DNA of 64,000 nucleotides from Escherichia coli (GTDB lineage Bacteria; Pseudomonadota; Gammaproteobacteria; Enterobacterales; Enterobacteriaceae): NCBI RefSeq assembly GCF_050920415.1, contig NZ_CP169309.1; one strand, 5' to 3'. Shown piece by piece: positions 1 to 11,267 of this stretch (position 1 is its first letter; each line of letters starts with the position of its first letter). The notes under the pieces were generated by a model. It saw only the letters and a program-made list of their open reading frames with translations, ran no database searches and was not told where the DNA came from. The position numbers and the translations under genes were made by a program.

Positions 1-85
1 TGTGACTCGACGCGGCAGATAATGTAGTATCTCCGGCAATATTGCCCCTTTGAAGGCTGGCGAATAAGTTGAGGAATCAGAATTA

Positions 86-2344
86 ATGAGCGATATGGCA
101 GAGCGCCTTGCGCTACATGAATTTACGGAAAACGCCTACTTAAATTACTCCATGTACGTAATCATGGACCGTGCGTTGCCGTTTATTGGTGATGGTCTGA
201 AACCTGTTCAGCGCCGCATTGTGTATGCGATGTCTGAACTGGGACTAAATGCCAGCGCCAAATTTAAAAAATCGGCCCGTACCGTCGGTGACGTACTGGG
301 TAAATACCATCCGCACGGTGATAGCGCCTGTTATGAAGCGATGGTCCTGATGGCACAGCCGTTCTCTTACCGTTATCCGCTGGTTGATGGTCAGGGGAAC
401 TGGGGCGCACCGGACGATCCGAAATCGTTCGCGGCGATGCGTTACACCGAATCCCGGTTGTCGAAATATTCCGAGCTGCTATTGAGCGAGCTGGGGCAGG
501 GTACGGCTGACTGGGTGCCAAACTTCGACGGTACTTTGCAGGAGCCGAAAATGCTACCTGCCCGTTTGCCGAACATTTTGCTTAACGGCACCACCGGTAT
601 TGCCGTCGGTATGGCGACCGATATTCCACCGCATAACCTGCGTGAAGTGGCTCAGGCGGCAATCGCATTAATCGACCAGCCGAAAACCACGCTCGACCAG
701 CTGCTGGATATCGTGCAGGGGCCGGATTATCCGACTGAAGCGGAAATCATCACTTCGCGCGCCGAGATCCGTAAAATTTACGAGAACGGACGTGGTTCAG
801 TGCGTATGCGCGCGGTGTGGAAGAAAGAAGATGGCGCGGTGGTTATCAGCGCATTGCCGCATCAGGTTTCAGGTGCGCGTGTACTGGAGCAAATTGCTGC
901 GCAAATGCGCAACAAAAAGCTGCCGATGGTTGACGATCTGCGCGATGAATCTGACCACGAGAATCCGACCCGTCTGGTGATTGTGCCGCGTTCCAACCGC
1001 GTGGATATGGATCAGGTGATGAACCACCTCTTCGCAACCACCGATCTGGAAAAGAGCTATCGTATTAACCTCAATATGATCGGTCTGGATGGTCGTCCGG
1101 CGGTGAAAAACCTGCTGGAAATTCTCTCCGAATGGCTGGTGTTCCGCCGCGATACCGTGCGCCGCCGACTGAACTATCGTCTGGAGAAAGTCCTCAAGCG
1201 CCTGCATATCCTCGAAGGTTTGCTGGTGGCGTTTCTCAATATCGACGAAGTGATTGAGATCATTCGCAATGAAGATGAACCGAAACCGGCGCTGATGTCG
1301 CGGTTTGGCCTTACGGAAACCCAGGCGGAAGCGATCCTCGAACTGAAACTGCGTCATCTTGCCAAACTGGAAGAGATGAAGATTCGCGGTGAGCAGAGTG
1401 AGCTGGAAAAAGAGCGCGACCAGTTGCAGGGCATTCTGGCGTCCGAGCGTAAAATGAATAAACTGCTGAAGAAAGAACTGCAGGCAGACGCGCAAGCTTA
1501 TGGTGACGATCGTCGTTCGCCGTTGCAGGAACGCGAAGAAGCGAAAGCGATGAGCGAGCACGACATGTTGCCGTCTGAACCTGTCACCATTGTGCTGTCG
1601 CAGATGGGCTGGGTACGCAGCGCTAAAGGCCATGACATCGACGCGCCGGGCCTGAATTATAAAGCGGGTGATAGTTTCAAAGCAGCGGTGAAAGGTAAGA
1701 GCAACCAACCGGTAGTGTTTGTTGACTCCACCGGTCGTAGCTATGCTATCGACCCGATTACGCTGCCGTCGGCACGTGGTCAGGGCGAGCCGCTCACCGG
1801 CAAATTGACGTTGCCGCCTGGGGCGACCGTTGACCATATGCTGATGGAAAGCGACGATCAGAAACTGTTGATGGCTTCCGATGCGGGTTACGGTTTCGTC
1901 TGCACCTTTAACGATCTGGTGGCGCGTAACCGTGCAGGTAAGGCCTTAATCACTTTACCGGAAAATGCCCATGTTATGCCGCCTGTGGTGATTGAGGACG
2001 CTTCTGATATGCTGCTGGCAATCACTCAGGCAGGCCGTATGTTGATGTTCCCGGTAAGCGATCTGCCGCAGCTGTCGAAGGGCAAAGGCAACAAGATTAT
2101 CAACATTCCATCGGCAGAAGCCGCGCGTGGAGAAGATGGTCTGGCGCAACTGTACGTTCTGCCGCCGCAAAGCACGCTGACCATTCATGTTGGGAAACGC
2201 AAAATTAAACTGCGTCCGGAAGAGCTACAGAAAGTCACTGGCGAACGTGGACGCCGCGGTACGTTGATGCGCGGTTTGCAGCGTATCGATCGTGTCGAGA
2301 TCGACTCTCCTCGCCGCGCCAGCAGCGGCGATAGCGAAGAGTAG
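86..2344 (+). CDS. parC: DNA topoisomerase IV subunit A
   Basis: 752-aa ORF; translation recognised as ParC (GyrA-family); length matches E. coli ParC; followed by plsC and ftsP as in K-12. Confidence 0.95.
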
Positions 2345-2384
2345 TATGCCGGGGAGGGTATTGCTTCCTCCCGCTTGCAAGGAA

Positions 2385-2414
2385 CGCCGGATGAAACGTT
2401 AAGTCGTCATCCGG
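2385..2414. terminator. Inverted repeat (gccggatga...tcatccggc) downstream of parC; hairpin or REP-like element
   Basis: Perfect 9-bp inverted repeat arms read directly from the sequence in the parC-plsC intergenic region. Confidence 0.35.
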
Positions 2415-2577
2415 CAGCATATTCCACCCCCGGAAACGATAAAAATTCCCTTGAAACCGTTGTTTATTCATGCGTTGCGATTAACAATACGCTTTTCCAG
2501 AGAGCGGCTTTTAACAATGCCCTAACCTGATTTCAGGTGACGTACAATGCCAGTCTCTCAGACCTTCAGAGGGTGTT

Positions 2578-3315
2578 ATGCTATATATCTTTCGTCTTAT
2601 TATTACCGTGATTTACAGCATCTTAGTCTGTGTATTCGGCTCCATTTACTGCCTTTTCAGCCCGCGTAACCCGAAACATGTAGCCACCTTTGGGCATATG
2701 TTTGGTCGTCTTGCGCCGCTGTTCGGCCTGAAAGTTGAGTGTCGCAAACCTGCAGATGCTGAAAGCTACGGCAATGCTATTTATATTGCTAACCACCAGA
2801 ACAACTATGACATGGTGACAGCATCGAACATCGTGCAACCGCCGACGGTGACGGTAGGTAAAAAGAGTTTGCTGTGGATCCCCTTCTTTGGTCAGTTGTA
2901 CTGGCTAACCGGCAACTTATTGATCGACAGAAATAACCGCACTAAAGCTCACGGCACCATTGCAGAAGTAGTGAATCACTTCAAAAAACGCCGTATTTCC
3001 ATCTGGATGTTCCCGGAAGGTACCCGCAGCCGTGGTCGCGGCCTGCTGCCGTTCAAGACCGGAGCATTTCACGCGGCAATTGCGGCAGGCGTCCCGATTA
3101 TTCCCGTGTGCGTCTCTACAACTTCGAATAAGATTAATCTTAATCGGCTACACAACGGTCTGGTGATTGTCGAAATGCTGCCGCCAATTGACGTCAGTCA
3201 GTATGGCAAAGATCAGGTTCGCGAGTTGGCTGCCCATTGTCGTTCGATAATGGAACAAAAAATCGCTGAGCTCGATAAAGAAGTCGCAGAGCGCGAAGCC
3301 GCCGGAAAAGTTTAA
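2578..3315 (+). CDS. plsC: 1-acyl-sn-glycerol-3-phosphate acyltransferase
   Basis: 245-aa ORF; acyltransferase NHQ/FPEGTR motifs visible in translation; length and synteny match PlsC. Confidence 0.93.
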   Translation: MLYIFRLIITVIYSILVCVFGSIYCLFSPRNPKHVATFGHMFGRLAPLFGLKVECRKPADAESYGNAIYIANHQNNYDMVTASNIVQPPTVTVGKKSLLWIPFFGQLYWLTGNLLIDRNNRTKAHGTIAEVVNHFKKRRISIWMFPEGTRSRGRGLLPFKTGAFHAAIAAGVPIIPVCVSTTSNKINLNRLHNGLVIVEMLPPIDVSQYGKDQVRELAAHCRSIMEQKIAELDKEVAEREAAGKV

Positions 3316-3389
3316 GTCGGCAATCTGTATTTTTGCGGGGAACACTTTCCTGCACGGTATTACTTTAGCCAGTTTTACATGGAGCAAAT

Positions 3390-4802
3390 ATGTCACTCAG
3401 TCGGCGTCAGTTCATTCAGGCATCGGGGATTGCACTTTGTGCAGGCGCTGTTCCCCTGAAGGCCAGCGCAGCCGGGCAACAGCAACCGCTACCCGTTCCG
3501 CCGCTGCTTGAATCTCGCCGTGGGCAACCGCTGTTTATGACTGTACAACGTGCGCACTGGTCATTTACGCCAGGGACACGCGCATCGGTCTGGGGAATCA
3601 ATGGTCGTTACCTGGGGCCGACTATCCGCGTCTGGAAGGGCGATGATGTTAAGCTGATCTACAGTAACCGCCTGACAGAAAATGTCTCAATGACGGTGTC
3701 TGGTTTACAGGTGCCTGGCCCGCTGATGGGCGGTCCGGCACGGATGATGTCGCCAAACGCTGACTGGGCACCCGTATTACCCATTCGCCAGAACGCAGCG
3801 ACATTGTGGTATCACGCTAATACCCCCAATCGCACGGCTCAGCAGGTCTATAATGGCCTTGCCGGAATGTGGCTGGTGGAAGATGAAGTCAGCAAGTCGC
3901 TGCCTATCCCAAACCATTATGGTGTGGATGATTTTCCGGTCATTATCCAGGATAAACGGCTGGATAACTTTGGTACGCCAGAATACAACGAACCGGGAAG
4001 CGGCGGCTTTGTTGGAGATACGCTGCTGGTCAACGGTGTACAAAGCCCGTACGTTGAAGTCTCGCGTGGCTGGGTGCGCTTGCGTCTGTTGAACGCGTCG
4101 AACTCTCGTCGCTATCAACTACAGATGAGCGATGGTCGCCCGTTACATGTGATTTCTGGCGATCAGGGATTCTTGCCTGCTCCTGTATCGGTGAAGCAAC
4201 TTTCGCTGGCACCGGGCGAGCGCCGCGAGATTCTGGTGGATATGAGCAACGGTGATGAAGTGTCGATCACCTGTGGTGAAGCGGCGAGCATTGTAGATCG
4301 TATTCGTGGCTTCTTTGAGCCATCCAGCATTCTGGTTTCTACGCTGGTGCTAACGCTGCGCCCGACCGGCCTTCTGCCGCTGGTCACAGACAGTCTTCCG
4401 ATGCGCTTGCTGCCAACTGAAATCATGGCCGGTTCGCCGATTCGCAGTCGCGATATCAGTCTGGGTGATGACCCAGGTATTAATGGACAACTGTGGGACG
4501 TCAACCGTATTGATGTCACCGCGCAGCAAGGAACGTGGGAACGCTGGACGGTACGCGCGGACGAGCCGCAAGCGTTCCATATTGAAGGCGTGATGTTCCA
4601 GATCCGTAACGTGAATGGCGCGATGCCATTCCCGGAAGACAGAGGCTGGAAAGATACCGTTTGGGTTGACGGACAAGTGGAGCTGCTTGTTTATTTCGGT
4701 CAGCCTTCCTGGGCGCACTTCCCGTTCTACTTCAACAGTCAGACGCTGGAAATGGCGGACCGTGGCTCGATAGGGCAACTGTTGGTCAATCCGGTACCGT
4801 AA
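3390..4802 (+). CDS. ftsP: Cell division protein FtsP (SufI), multicopper-oxidase-like, Tat-exported
   Basis: 470-aa ORF; N-terminal twin-arginine signal (SRRQFIQASG); length and synteny match FtsP. Confidence 0.93.
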   Translation: MSLSRRQFIQASGIALCAGAVPLKASAAGQQQPLPVPPLLESRRGQPLFMTVQRAHWSFTPGTRASVWGINGRYLGPTIRVWKGDDVKLIYSNRLTENVSMTVSGLQVPGPLMGGPARMMSPNADWAPVLPIRQNAATLWYHANTPNRTAQQVYNGLAGMWLVEDEVSKSLPIPNHYGVDDFPVIIQDKRLDNFGTPEYNEPGSGGFVGDTLLVNGVQSPYVEVSRGWVRLRLLNASNSRRYQLQMSDGRPLHVISGDQGFLPAPVSVKQLSLAPGERREILVDMSNGDEVSITCGEAASIVDRIRGFFEPSSILVSTLVLTLRPTGLLPLVTDSLPMRLLPTEIMAGSPIRSRDISLGDDPGINGQLWDVNRIDVTAQQGTWERWTVRADEPQAFHIEGVMFQIRNVNGAMPFPEDRGWKDTVWVDGQVELLVYFGQPSWAHFPFYFNSQTLEMADRGSIGQLLVNPVP

Positions 4803-4852
4803 TGGACCAATTCAATGCCCCACAGAGTGGTGGGGCGATACAAGGATGAATC

Positions 4853-6277
4853 ATGGATGGCATGGGATGGATGATTATTTTGGTACTTCCCTTTCTTTGG
4901 ATGGGCTATGGACTGGCGTTGTTAATCATAACGGGGTGCGCTTTTGAATCTAAGAGGATTCGTCGCATTCTGCTATGGGGTGTTGCGCCCCAGTTTATTA
5001 TTCTTTGTATTACGACCTTATTGCTTTATTGGATTAACTCTCGGTTAATTTATGTTTTTGTCTTTTTTCAGCCAGTTTTATGCATCACTACGGCAATTTT
5101 TTTGTTTGCTGGTAAAAAAACACAATATTCCAGATTGCTGTTTACTCTGTCTCATGTGATTTTTCTTGCTGGAGTTTTATATCAGGGGCATAGGGAAAAT
5201 CTGCAACACATAATTAATAGCGACTGGAAGGAATATAAAATAACGCGTTTATTTGAGCAAGTGCAGGACAATGGAGCGCATGCGCTGAATAACGATGTAA
5301 CTTGTTCAGAATTAATGCAACTACTCACCCTGGCAGCGGAACGTGATGACGTCAAAGAAGAGACGTTACGTACTCTTATTGCAAAGAGAGTATCGCCATT
5401 TCTGACAATGTCAGATAACTGTACGGGTGAGGATTCAGTAGAGATTTATTCTGTAGATACTACACCTTTTATGGCGGCTATTCAGAATCATAATATACAT
5501 TCTGTTCGTTTTTTTAGTCAATTGCTTATGGGAAACTCACCAAAAGCAAAAAATAATCGTGACATTGTGCGCCGGGCAAACCCTTTGATCGAAGTGTATA
5601 AATATAGTCATGGTTCAAAAAAACAACGTAACTCAGGGTTAGAAATAAGTAAGCAATTAATGGCTATTATGCCAGAACTATTAACAGATGCCGTCTGGCG
5701 TGCCGTGCTCAATGTATATGATGCCGATGCAGCACGATGGTTCTGGCGTAAGCAACCACCAGAAAATCGGTTGTATCGCTTAAAGGCTATGGCATTAATA
5801 CCACAAACAGATGCGCTGTTGGCAGAGATTCGACATACTCCAGAGGTACTGAATATCTCGTCTGAGGGGGACCTGAATGAAGAGGAGTTTCTCCATTTCT
5901 TAATTTATGGAGGAGATACCGCTGTAATACATGCACTGGTTGAAAAAGGAATAGTTAACTGGCAGCACCTTATGAACATTGAGGGGTTTGATAAGGACCC
6001 CTTAATATGGTCTATTTCAAAACTGGGAGAAAACGACAATGACCGGGAGGTTTTGGCATTAATTATTCATGATATTAATGCGCAAAACGCACTGCCGGAG
6101 GAACGCATTGCCAAATATTTAACGTGGACGGGAGCAATGGGCGAGATTTTTTTAAAGGCGGGCGTACATTGTGATAAGTTATATGCGGCAATTGAGTCCG
6201 ACAAAAAGCGAAATAATGGCATGTATAGTCAAAACGCCAGGGAAGAAGTGGATCGCGTATGTACGCCCACAAAATAG
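4853..6277 (+). CDS. Hypothetical membrane-anchored protein (N-terminal multi-TM region, C-terminal region with ankyrin-like repeats); accessory
   Basis: 474-aa ORF, strongly AT-rich; hydrophobic N-terminal ~110 aa; C-terminal region paralogous to the downstream ORF; not in K-12 ftsP-ygiQ interval as I recall it; start codon uncertain. Confidence 0.5.
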   Translation: MDGMGWMIILVLPFLWMGYGLALLIITGCAFESKRIRRILLWGVAPQFIILCITTLLLYWINSRLIYVFVFFQPVLCITTAIFLFAGKKTQYSRLLFTLSHVIFLAGVLYQGHRENLQHIINSDWKEYKITRLFEQVQDNGAHALNNDVTCSELMQLLTLAAERDDVKEETLRTLIAKRVSPFLTMSDNCTGEDSVEIYSVDTTPFMAAIQNHNIHSVRFFSQLLMGNSPKAKNNRDIVRRANPLIEVYKYSHGSKKQRNSGLEISKQLMAIMPELLTDAVWRAVLNVYDADAARWFWRKQPPENRLYRLKAMALIPQTDALLAEIRHTPEVLNISSEGDLNEEEFLHFLIYGGDTAVIHALVEKGIVNWQHLMNIEGFDKDPLIWSISKLGENDNDREVLALIIHDINAQNALPEERIAKYLTWTGAMGEIFLKAGVHCDKLYAAIESDKKRNNGMYSQNAREEVDRVCTPTK

Positions 6278-6520
6278 GAGCAGTTTGGGGCGGTTAAGGG
6301 ATAAAAAATAAATGCCTTTCGCTATCTGTCAGGGCGAATCTCACCATTTGCTATACCTTCCATTGGCGATGAACAGTATTCTACACGCACTTTTTTTACG
6401 ATTGCGTTGAAGCATTACAACGCCCGCGCCATCCGCGCGTTTAGCCGCTTTCTGCAAGGAAATTCCTCAAAAGCGTAGGAATATCGCGCGATTGTTCATC
6501 AAAAAAATCCACTGCAGCAG

Positions 6521-7213
6521 ATGTACCGGGGAATAAGTTTGCCAATTCGTTTTAGTGAAGAAGAGATCGCCCGCCACATTGTTGCCGCTCGCGAGATAAG
6601 CCTCACCTTGCTGCCCCTGATGCCAGAATTATTAAACGAAGAGGCGTATGAAAATGTCATTGATGCTAATGACAGCGCAACGCTGAAGGCTTTTTGGCAG
6701 ATCCAGCTGCCGCCCACGCCGGTTTTACGCCTGGAAACGATGTCGGTAATTCCCATGACAGCGGCACTGGTTCAACAGGTGAGGGAGTCACCAAAGCGGC
6801 TTGAACTGGAAGATAAAAGTGGCAGGACAGTACTAACTTACATCGTGCGCTTTGGGAATATTGCCGCAGTACAGGCACTGATTGACGCTAATCTGATCGA
6901 CTGGCAACGGCTCCGCCAATCGACAGGAAGGTCAACACCATTATTACTGGCGATCTGGCGACAAAAATACGACGATGATTATGTAATCTTCCCATTGATT
7001 TTAAAGGACATGCTGGCAAAAAATGCGCCACCCTCAGCAGAGGAAATAATGAACTGCATTAAGGATGGTATGACCGCAGATGATTTTTTATCTGCCGGAA
7101 TGAGCAACACGCAATTCTGTTCTGCGATTGAACAAAGCCTCCAGGCGAAAACGTCAGTATTACCGGCGAATCGATTACGCCATCTGCAATCCTCGCGGTG
7201 TGCAAAGCTGTAA
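6521..7213 (+). CDS. Hypothetical soluble protein, paralog of the C-terminal domain of the upstream ORF (ankyrin-like)
   Basis: 230-aa ORF; alignable to ORF 4853-6277 (MPELL...FW...PP..RL...IP.T.AL...R block); start uncertain. Confidence 0.45.
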   Translation: MYRGISLPIRFSEEEIARHIVAAREISLTLLPLMPELLNEEAYENVIDANDSATLKAFWQIQLPPTPVLRLETMSVIPMTAALVQQVRESPKRLELEDKSGRTVLTYIVRFGNIAAVQALIDANLIDWQRLRQSTGRSTPLLLAIWRQKYDDDYVIFPLILKDMLAKNAPPSAEEIMNCIKDGMTADDFLSAGMSNTQFCSAIEQSLQAKTSVLPANRLRHLQSSRCAKL

Positions 7214-7328
7214 CCAACCGGAAGTTAAGTCATCCGCTGAAAACATCGCATTAACTTTTCGATTTCTCTTTCGTTCCGGCTTATAATCCCCGGCCTTTGA
7301 TTATTTTTTTATCATTTCTGGAAGCAAA

Positions 7329-9548
7329 ATGAGCTCTATCTCCCTGATCCAACCGGATCGCGACCTGTTCTCCTGGCCGCAGTACTGGGCCGCCTGTTTT
7401 GGACCGGCACCGTTTTTGCCGATGTCTCGTGAAGAGATGGATCAACTTGGCTGGGATAGCTGCGACATCATTTTGGTTACTGGCGACGCGTATGTCGATC
7501 ACCCAAGCTTCGGGATGGCGATTTGCGGTCGTATGCTGGAAGCGCAGGGCTTCCGTGTCGGGATCATCGCCCAGCCAGACTGGAGCAGCAAAGACGACTT
7601 TATGCGTCTGGGTAAACCGAATCTGTTTTTCGGTGTTACTGCTGGCAACATGGACTCGATGATCAACCGCTATACTGCCGATCGCCGTTTACGTCATGAC
7701 GATGCCTACACGCCGGATAACGTTGCGGGTAAGCGCCCGGATCGCGCCACACTGGTTTACACCCAACGTTGTAAAGAGGCGTGGAAAGATGTGCCGGTGA
7801 TCCTCGGCGGTATTGAGGCTAGTTTGCGTCGTACCGCGCATTATGATTACTGGTCTGATACCGTGCGCCGTTCCGTGCTGGTGGATTCCAAAGCCGACAT
7901 GCTGATGTTCGGTAACGGTGAGCGTCCGCTGGTGGAAGTGGCGCATCGTCTGGCGATGGGTGAGCCGATTAGTGAAATCCGCGATGTGCGTAATACTGCG
8001 ATTATCGTAAAAGAGGCGTTGCCAGGCTGGAGCGGCGTGGATTCCACCCGTCTCGATACCCCAGGGAAAATCGACCCGATCCCGCATCCGTATGGCGAAG
8101 ATCTGCCGTGCGCGGATAACAAACCTGTTGCGCCGAAAAAGCAGGAAGCGAAAGCCGTAACCGTGCAGCCGCCGCGCCCGAAACCGTGGGAAAAAACCTA
8201 CGTATTGCTGCCTTCTTTCGAGAAAGTGAAGGGCGATAAAGTGCTGTACGCCCATGCTTCGCGCATTCTGCACCACGAAACCAACCCTGGCTGCGCCCGC
8301 GCATTGATGCAAAAACACGGCGACCGCTATGTGTGGATCAACCCGCCTGCTATCCCGCTTTCTACCGAAGAGATGGACAGCGTCTTTGCGCTGCCGTACA
8401 AGCGCGTGCCGCATCCGGCTTACGGTAATGCCCGAATTCCGGCTTACGAAATGATCCGTTTCTCGGTCAACATTATGCGTGGCTGCTTTGGCGGCTGCTC
8501 TTTCTGCTCTATTACCGAGCATGAAGGTCGCATTATTCAGAGCCGTTCGGAAGATTCGATCATCAACGAGATTGAAGCGATCCGCGACACCGTGCCAGGC
8601 TTTACGGGCGTGATTTCCGATCTCGGTGGGCCAACTGCCAACATGTATATGTTGCGCTGCAAATCGCCGCGCGCCGAGCAGACTTGCCGCCGTTTATCGT
8701 GCGTTTACCCGGATATTTGTCCTCATATGGACACTAACCACGAACCGACGATCAACCTCTATCGCCGCGCGCGTGATCTGAAAGGCATTAAAAAGATCCT
8801 CATCGCTTCCGGCGTGCGTTATGATATCGCCGTGGAAGATCCGCGCTATATCAAAGAGCTGGCGACCCATCACGTTGGCGGTTATCTGAAGATTGCCCCG
8901 GAACATACCGAAGAAGGGCCGTTATCGAAGATGATGAAGCCGGGCATGGGCAGCTATGACCGCTTTAAAGAGCTGTTCGATACTTACTCGAAACAGGCAG
9001 GTAAAGAGCAATATCTGATCCCGTATTTCATCTCCGCACACCCGGGTACGCGTGATGAAGATATGGTGAATCTGGCGCTGTGGCTGAAAAAGCATCGCTT
9101 CCGTCTCGACCAGGTACAGAACTTCTACCCGTCGCCGTTGGCTAACTCCACCACCATGTATTACACCGGGAAAAACCCGCTGGCGAAGATTGGTTACAAG
9201 AGTGAAGACGTCTTCGTACCGAAGGGCGACAAACAGCGTCGTTTGCATAAAGCGTTGTTGCGTTACCACGATCCGGCAAACTGGCCGTTAATCCGTCAGG
9301 CGCTGGAAGCGATGGGTAAAAAGCATCTGATTGGCAGCCGTCGTGATTGCTTAGTGCCTGCGCCAACCATTGAAGAGATGCGCGAAGCCCGCCGTCAGAA
9401 CCGCAATACCCGTCCGGCGTTGACTAAACATACGCCGATGGCGACCCAGCGTCAGACACCTGCTACGGCAAAAAAAGCGTCGTCTACGCCATCTCGCCCG
9501 GTGAATGCTGGCGCGAAGAAACGCCCTAAAGCGGTGGCAGGTCGTTAA
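7329..9548 (+). CDS. ygiQ: Radical SAM superfamily protein YgiQ (UPF0313)
   Basis: 739-aa ORF; CxxxCxxC-type cysteine cluster (CFGGCSFCS); length and synteny match YgiQ. Confidence 0.92.
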   Translation: MSSISLIQPDRDLFSWPQYWAACFGPAPFLPMSREEMDQLGWDSCDIILVTGDAYVDHPSFGMAICGRMLEAQGFRVGIIAQPDWSSKDDFMRLGKPNLFFGVTAGNMDSMINRYTADRRLRHDDAYTPDNVAGKRPDRATLVYTQRCKEAWKDVPVILGGIEASLRRTAHYDYWSDTVRRSVLVDSKADMLMFGNGERPLVEVAHRLAMGEPISEIRDVRNTAIIVKEALPGWSGVDSTRLDTPGKIDPIPHPYGEDLPCADNKPVAPKKQEAKAVTVQPPRPKPWEKTYVLLPSFEKVKGDKVLYAHASRILHHETNPGCARALMQKHGDRYVWINPPAIPLSTEEMDSVFALPYKRVPHPAYGNARIPAYEMIRFSVNIMRGCFGGCSFCSITEHEGRIIQSRSEDSIINEIEAIRDTVPGFTGVISDLGGPTANMYMLRCKSPRAEQTCRRLSCVYPDICPHMDTNHEPTINLYRRARDLKGIKKILIASGVRYDIAVEDPRYIKELATHHVGGYLKIAPEHTEEGPLSKMMKPGMGSYDRFKELFDTYSKQAGKEQYLIPYFISAHPGTRDEDMVNLALWLKKHRFRLDQVQNFYPSPLANSTTMYYTGKNPLAKIGYKSEDVFVPKGDKQRRLHKALLRYHDPANWPLIRQALEAMGKKHLIGSRRDCLVPAPTIEEMREARRQNRNTRPALTKHTPMATQRQTPATAKKASSTPSRPVNAGAKKRPKAVAGR

Positions 9549-9558
9549 GTGAAATGTG

Positions 9559-9582
9559 CCCGGCAGCAATGATGCTGCCGGG
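9559..9582. terminator. Hairpin (cccggcagc / gctgccggg) between convergent ygiQ and Lpp-like gene
   Basis: 9-bp perfect inverted repeat with 6-nt loop read from sequence; flanking T/A runs weak. Confidence 0.4.
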
Positions 9583-9586
9583 AAAT

Positions 9587-9817
9587 TTATAACCTTGGTT
9601 TATAAGGACTGTTACGAACGTCTAAGCGGTAATGCGCTCTTGCTGTTTCGTCTTTAACTTGCTGAATTTCCGGACGCAGGGCGTCAATATCCTGTTGCAG
9701 TTGATTAATTTTGTTATTCAATGCCTGAATATCATGTTCCAGGTGTTCAATTTTGGCATTGCTGGTACAGCCAGCAAGACACAGCGCCAGCGGAATGGAT
9801 AAGATAAGTTTGTTCAT
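9587..9817 (-). CDS. Lpp-like small lipoprotein (paralog of YqhH)
   Basis: ORF-track ORF 9587-9868; start placed at internal Met giving MNKLILSIPLALCLAGC (lipobox LAGC); coiled-coil region similar to YqhH and Lpp. Confidence 0.55.
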   Translation of the reverse strand: MNKLILSIPLALCLAGCTSNAKIEHLEHDIQALNNKINQLQQDIDALRPEIQQVKDETARAHYRLDVRNSPYKPRL

Positions 9818-9834
9818 TATGAATTCCAGAACCG

Positions 9835-10092
9835 TCATTCCGCATACATACGTAAGCAGCGCAGGCAATCGAAATAGTCCTGGGCGTCAAGGCGCGTATT
9901 GGCTCTGTTAGCGTCGGATTTGGCAGCATAGATTTGCGGGCGTAATGCTTTCATATCCTGCTCAAGTCGGGCAATTTTGGCATTTAACGTCTGTACGTTG
10001 CTCGCCAGCTGATTGACCTTTTGCTCATTGACGCAGCCGCTGAGCAAGCAGGTTGCCAGAACAACAGCCCCCACGGTGAAAATCGTTTTCAT
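9835..10092 (-). CDS. yqhH: Lpp-like outer membrane lipoprotein YqhH
   Basis: 85-aa ORF; signal peptide with lipobox LSGC; matches YqhH length and synteny. Confidence 0.85.
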   Translation of the reverse strand: MKTIFTVGAVVLATCLLSGCVNEQKVNQLASNVQTLNAKIARLEQDMKALRPQIYAAKSDANRANTRLDAQDYFDCLRCLRMYAE

Positions 10093-10141
10093 ATAGTATT
10101 CCCTTTTATTTATTGTTCCGACTAATTGTTATTTAATTCAG

Positions 10142-11068
10142 CTATTGCTTTAATCTGGCGGCGGTTTTTGCCTCAATTTGCTTAAGTAGGCTGCCGCTGT
10201 TCGGGCGGATAAAATCAGCGATTTCCCACTTACCTTCGCGCCGCTGTAAAACCAGTTCTTGCTCTTCGTTGTTGCCATTGGTCAGCGTAAAACGAACATG
10301 AATGCGGGCGGAATCGGTGGTTTTCTCCAGGACACGGATTTCATCAACGCGTGAAAATAGCGACTCTTCGCCAAAACAGATCGGATTGTCGTAAATAAAT
10401 TGCCGTTCTATTTGCATATCTTCATCGGGATTGTTGGCAGTCTTGAAGGTGGTTTTATAGAAGGCATTGACCGCCTGGCGGTAAGAGTCGGAAACCACCC
10501 ACGTCCACGGCCAGCTATAATCAGCAATATGTTCAAAGAGTTCGGCAACAAAGGCTTCCGGCTGTTCTTTTTGCAACGAAGCTATAGCTACCAGCGTTTT
10601 TTCATTCTCGCTATTAACTGCTTGTAAGACGCTGCCATGATTGCTGACAATATCGTCAATGACCCAACGACCATTTTCCGCCACCATTTTCAGTGTCTGC
10701 GTGGTCTTTTCTTTATCGTCTTTAAAGATACGAAAGCGCACAACGGCATCGGCATGATCGGCGTCAGGTTGGGTTATCGCTACGCTTTCTAACACCAGAT
10801 CGCCAAAATCCTGACAATCACAAACTGGATCATAATCCAGCCAGCCAATATTGCCCGGCAGCGTAAGATTGTCGTTCAGGGTAAGCGCCTGTTGAATACG
10901 CGCAGAAGTTATCGCTCGCTCTCCGGTTTCACCAAAATAAGGCGTACTGGCATCTGATTTATAGTTCTGATAAATCTGCCGGACTGTTTGTTCTACGGTC
11001 TGTGAAGGAGGCTGCGCGTGTACGGTAAAACTTGCCAGGGCTGCTAAAAACAGAAGTATTATTTTCAT
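10142..11068 (-). CDS. yqhG: DUF3828-type periplasmic protein YqhG
   Basis: 308-aa ORF with signal peptide; length and position match YqhG. Confidence 0.85.
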   Translation of the reverse strand: MKIILLFLAALASFTVHAQPPSQTVEQTVRQIYQNYKSDASTPYFGETGERAITSARIQQALTLNDNLTLPGNIGWLDYDPVCDCQDFGDLVLESVAITQPDADHADAVVRFRIFKDDKEKTTQTLKMVAENGRWVIDDIVSNHGSVLQAVNSENEKTLVAIASLQKEQPEAFVAELFEHIADYSWPWTWVVSDSYRQAVNAFYKTTFKTANNPDEDMQIERQFIYDNPICFGEESLFSRVDEIRVLEKTTDSARIHVRFTLTNGNNEEQELVLQRREGKWEIADFIRPNSGSLLKQIEAKTAARLKQ

Positions 11069-11267
11069 CTGTTTTTCACCTCTCCGTTGCGTTCATCCCG
11101 GATGTAAATGAGTTGTTCCTTTAAGAGCTTCCGGCTCTGCATGATGATGCCCTTATATTTGGCGTTCCTGAACAAGGAAGAGTAACAATGGGCGTGACGC
11201 GAGGGGAATAAATGATTTCTGAAAAGTCCGGTAGCGGAACATTACCGCCACCGGAAGAATTTGCGCG

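Noticed and set aside
869-1837. 322-aa minus-strand ORF inside parC
   Set aside because: Entirely antisense to a well-supported conserved gene; no start context; typical spurious long ORF in GC-rich coding sequence
4853-7213. Prophage or IS remnant as the origin of the ftsP-ygiQ islet
   Set aside because: No integrase, transposase, tRNA or obvious direct repeats at the borders were found by eye; origin left open
7689-8522. 277-aa minus-strand ORF inside ygiQ
   Set aside because: Antisense to ygiQ; Arg/His-rich composition typical of out-of-frame translation
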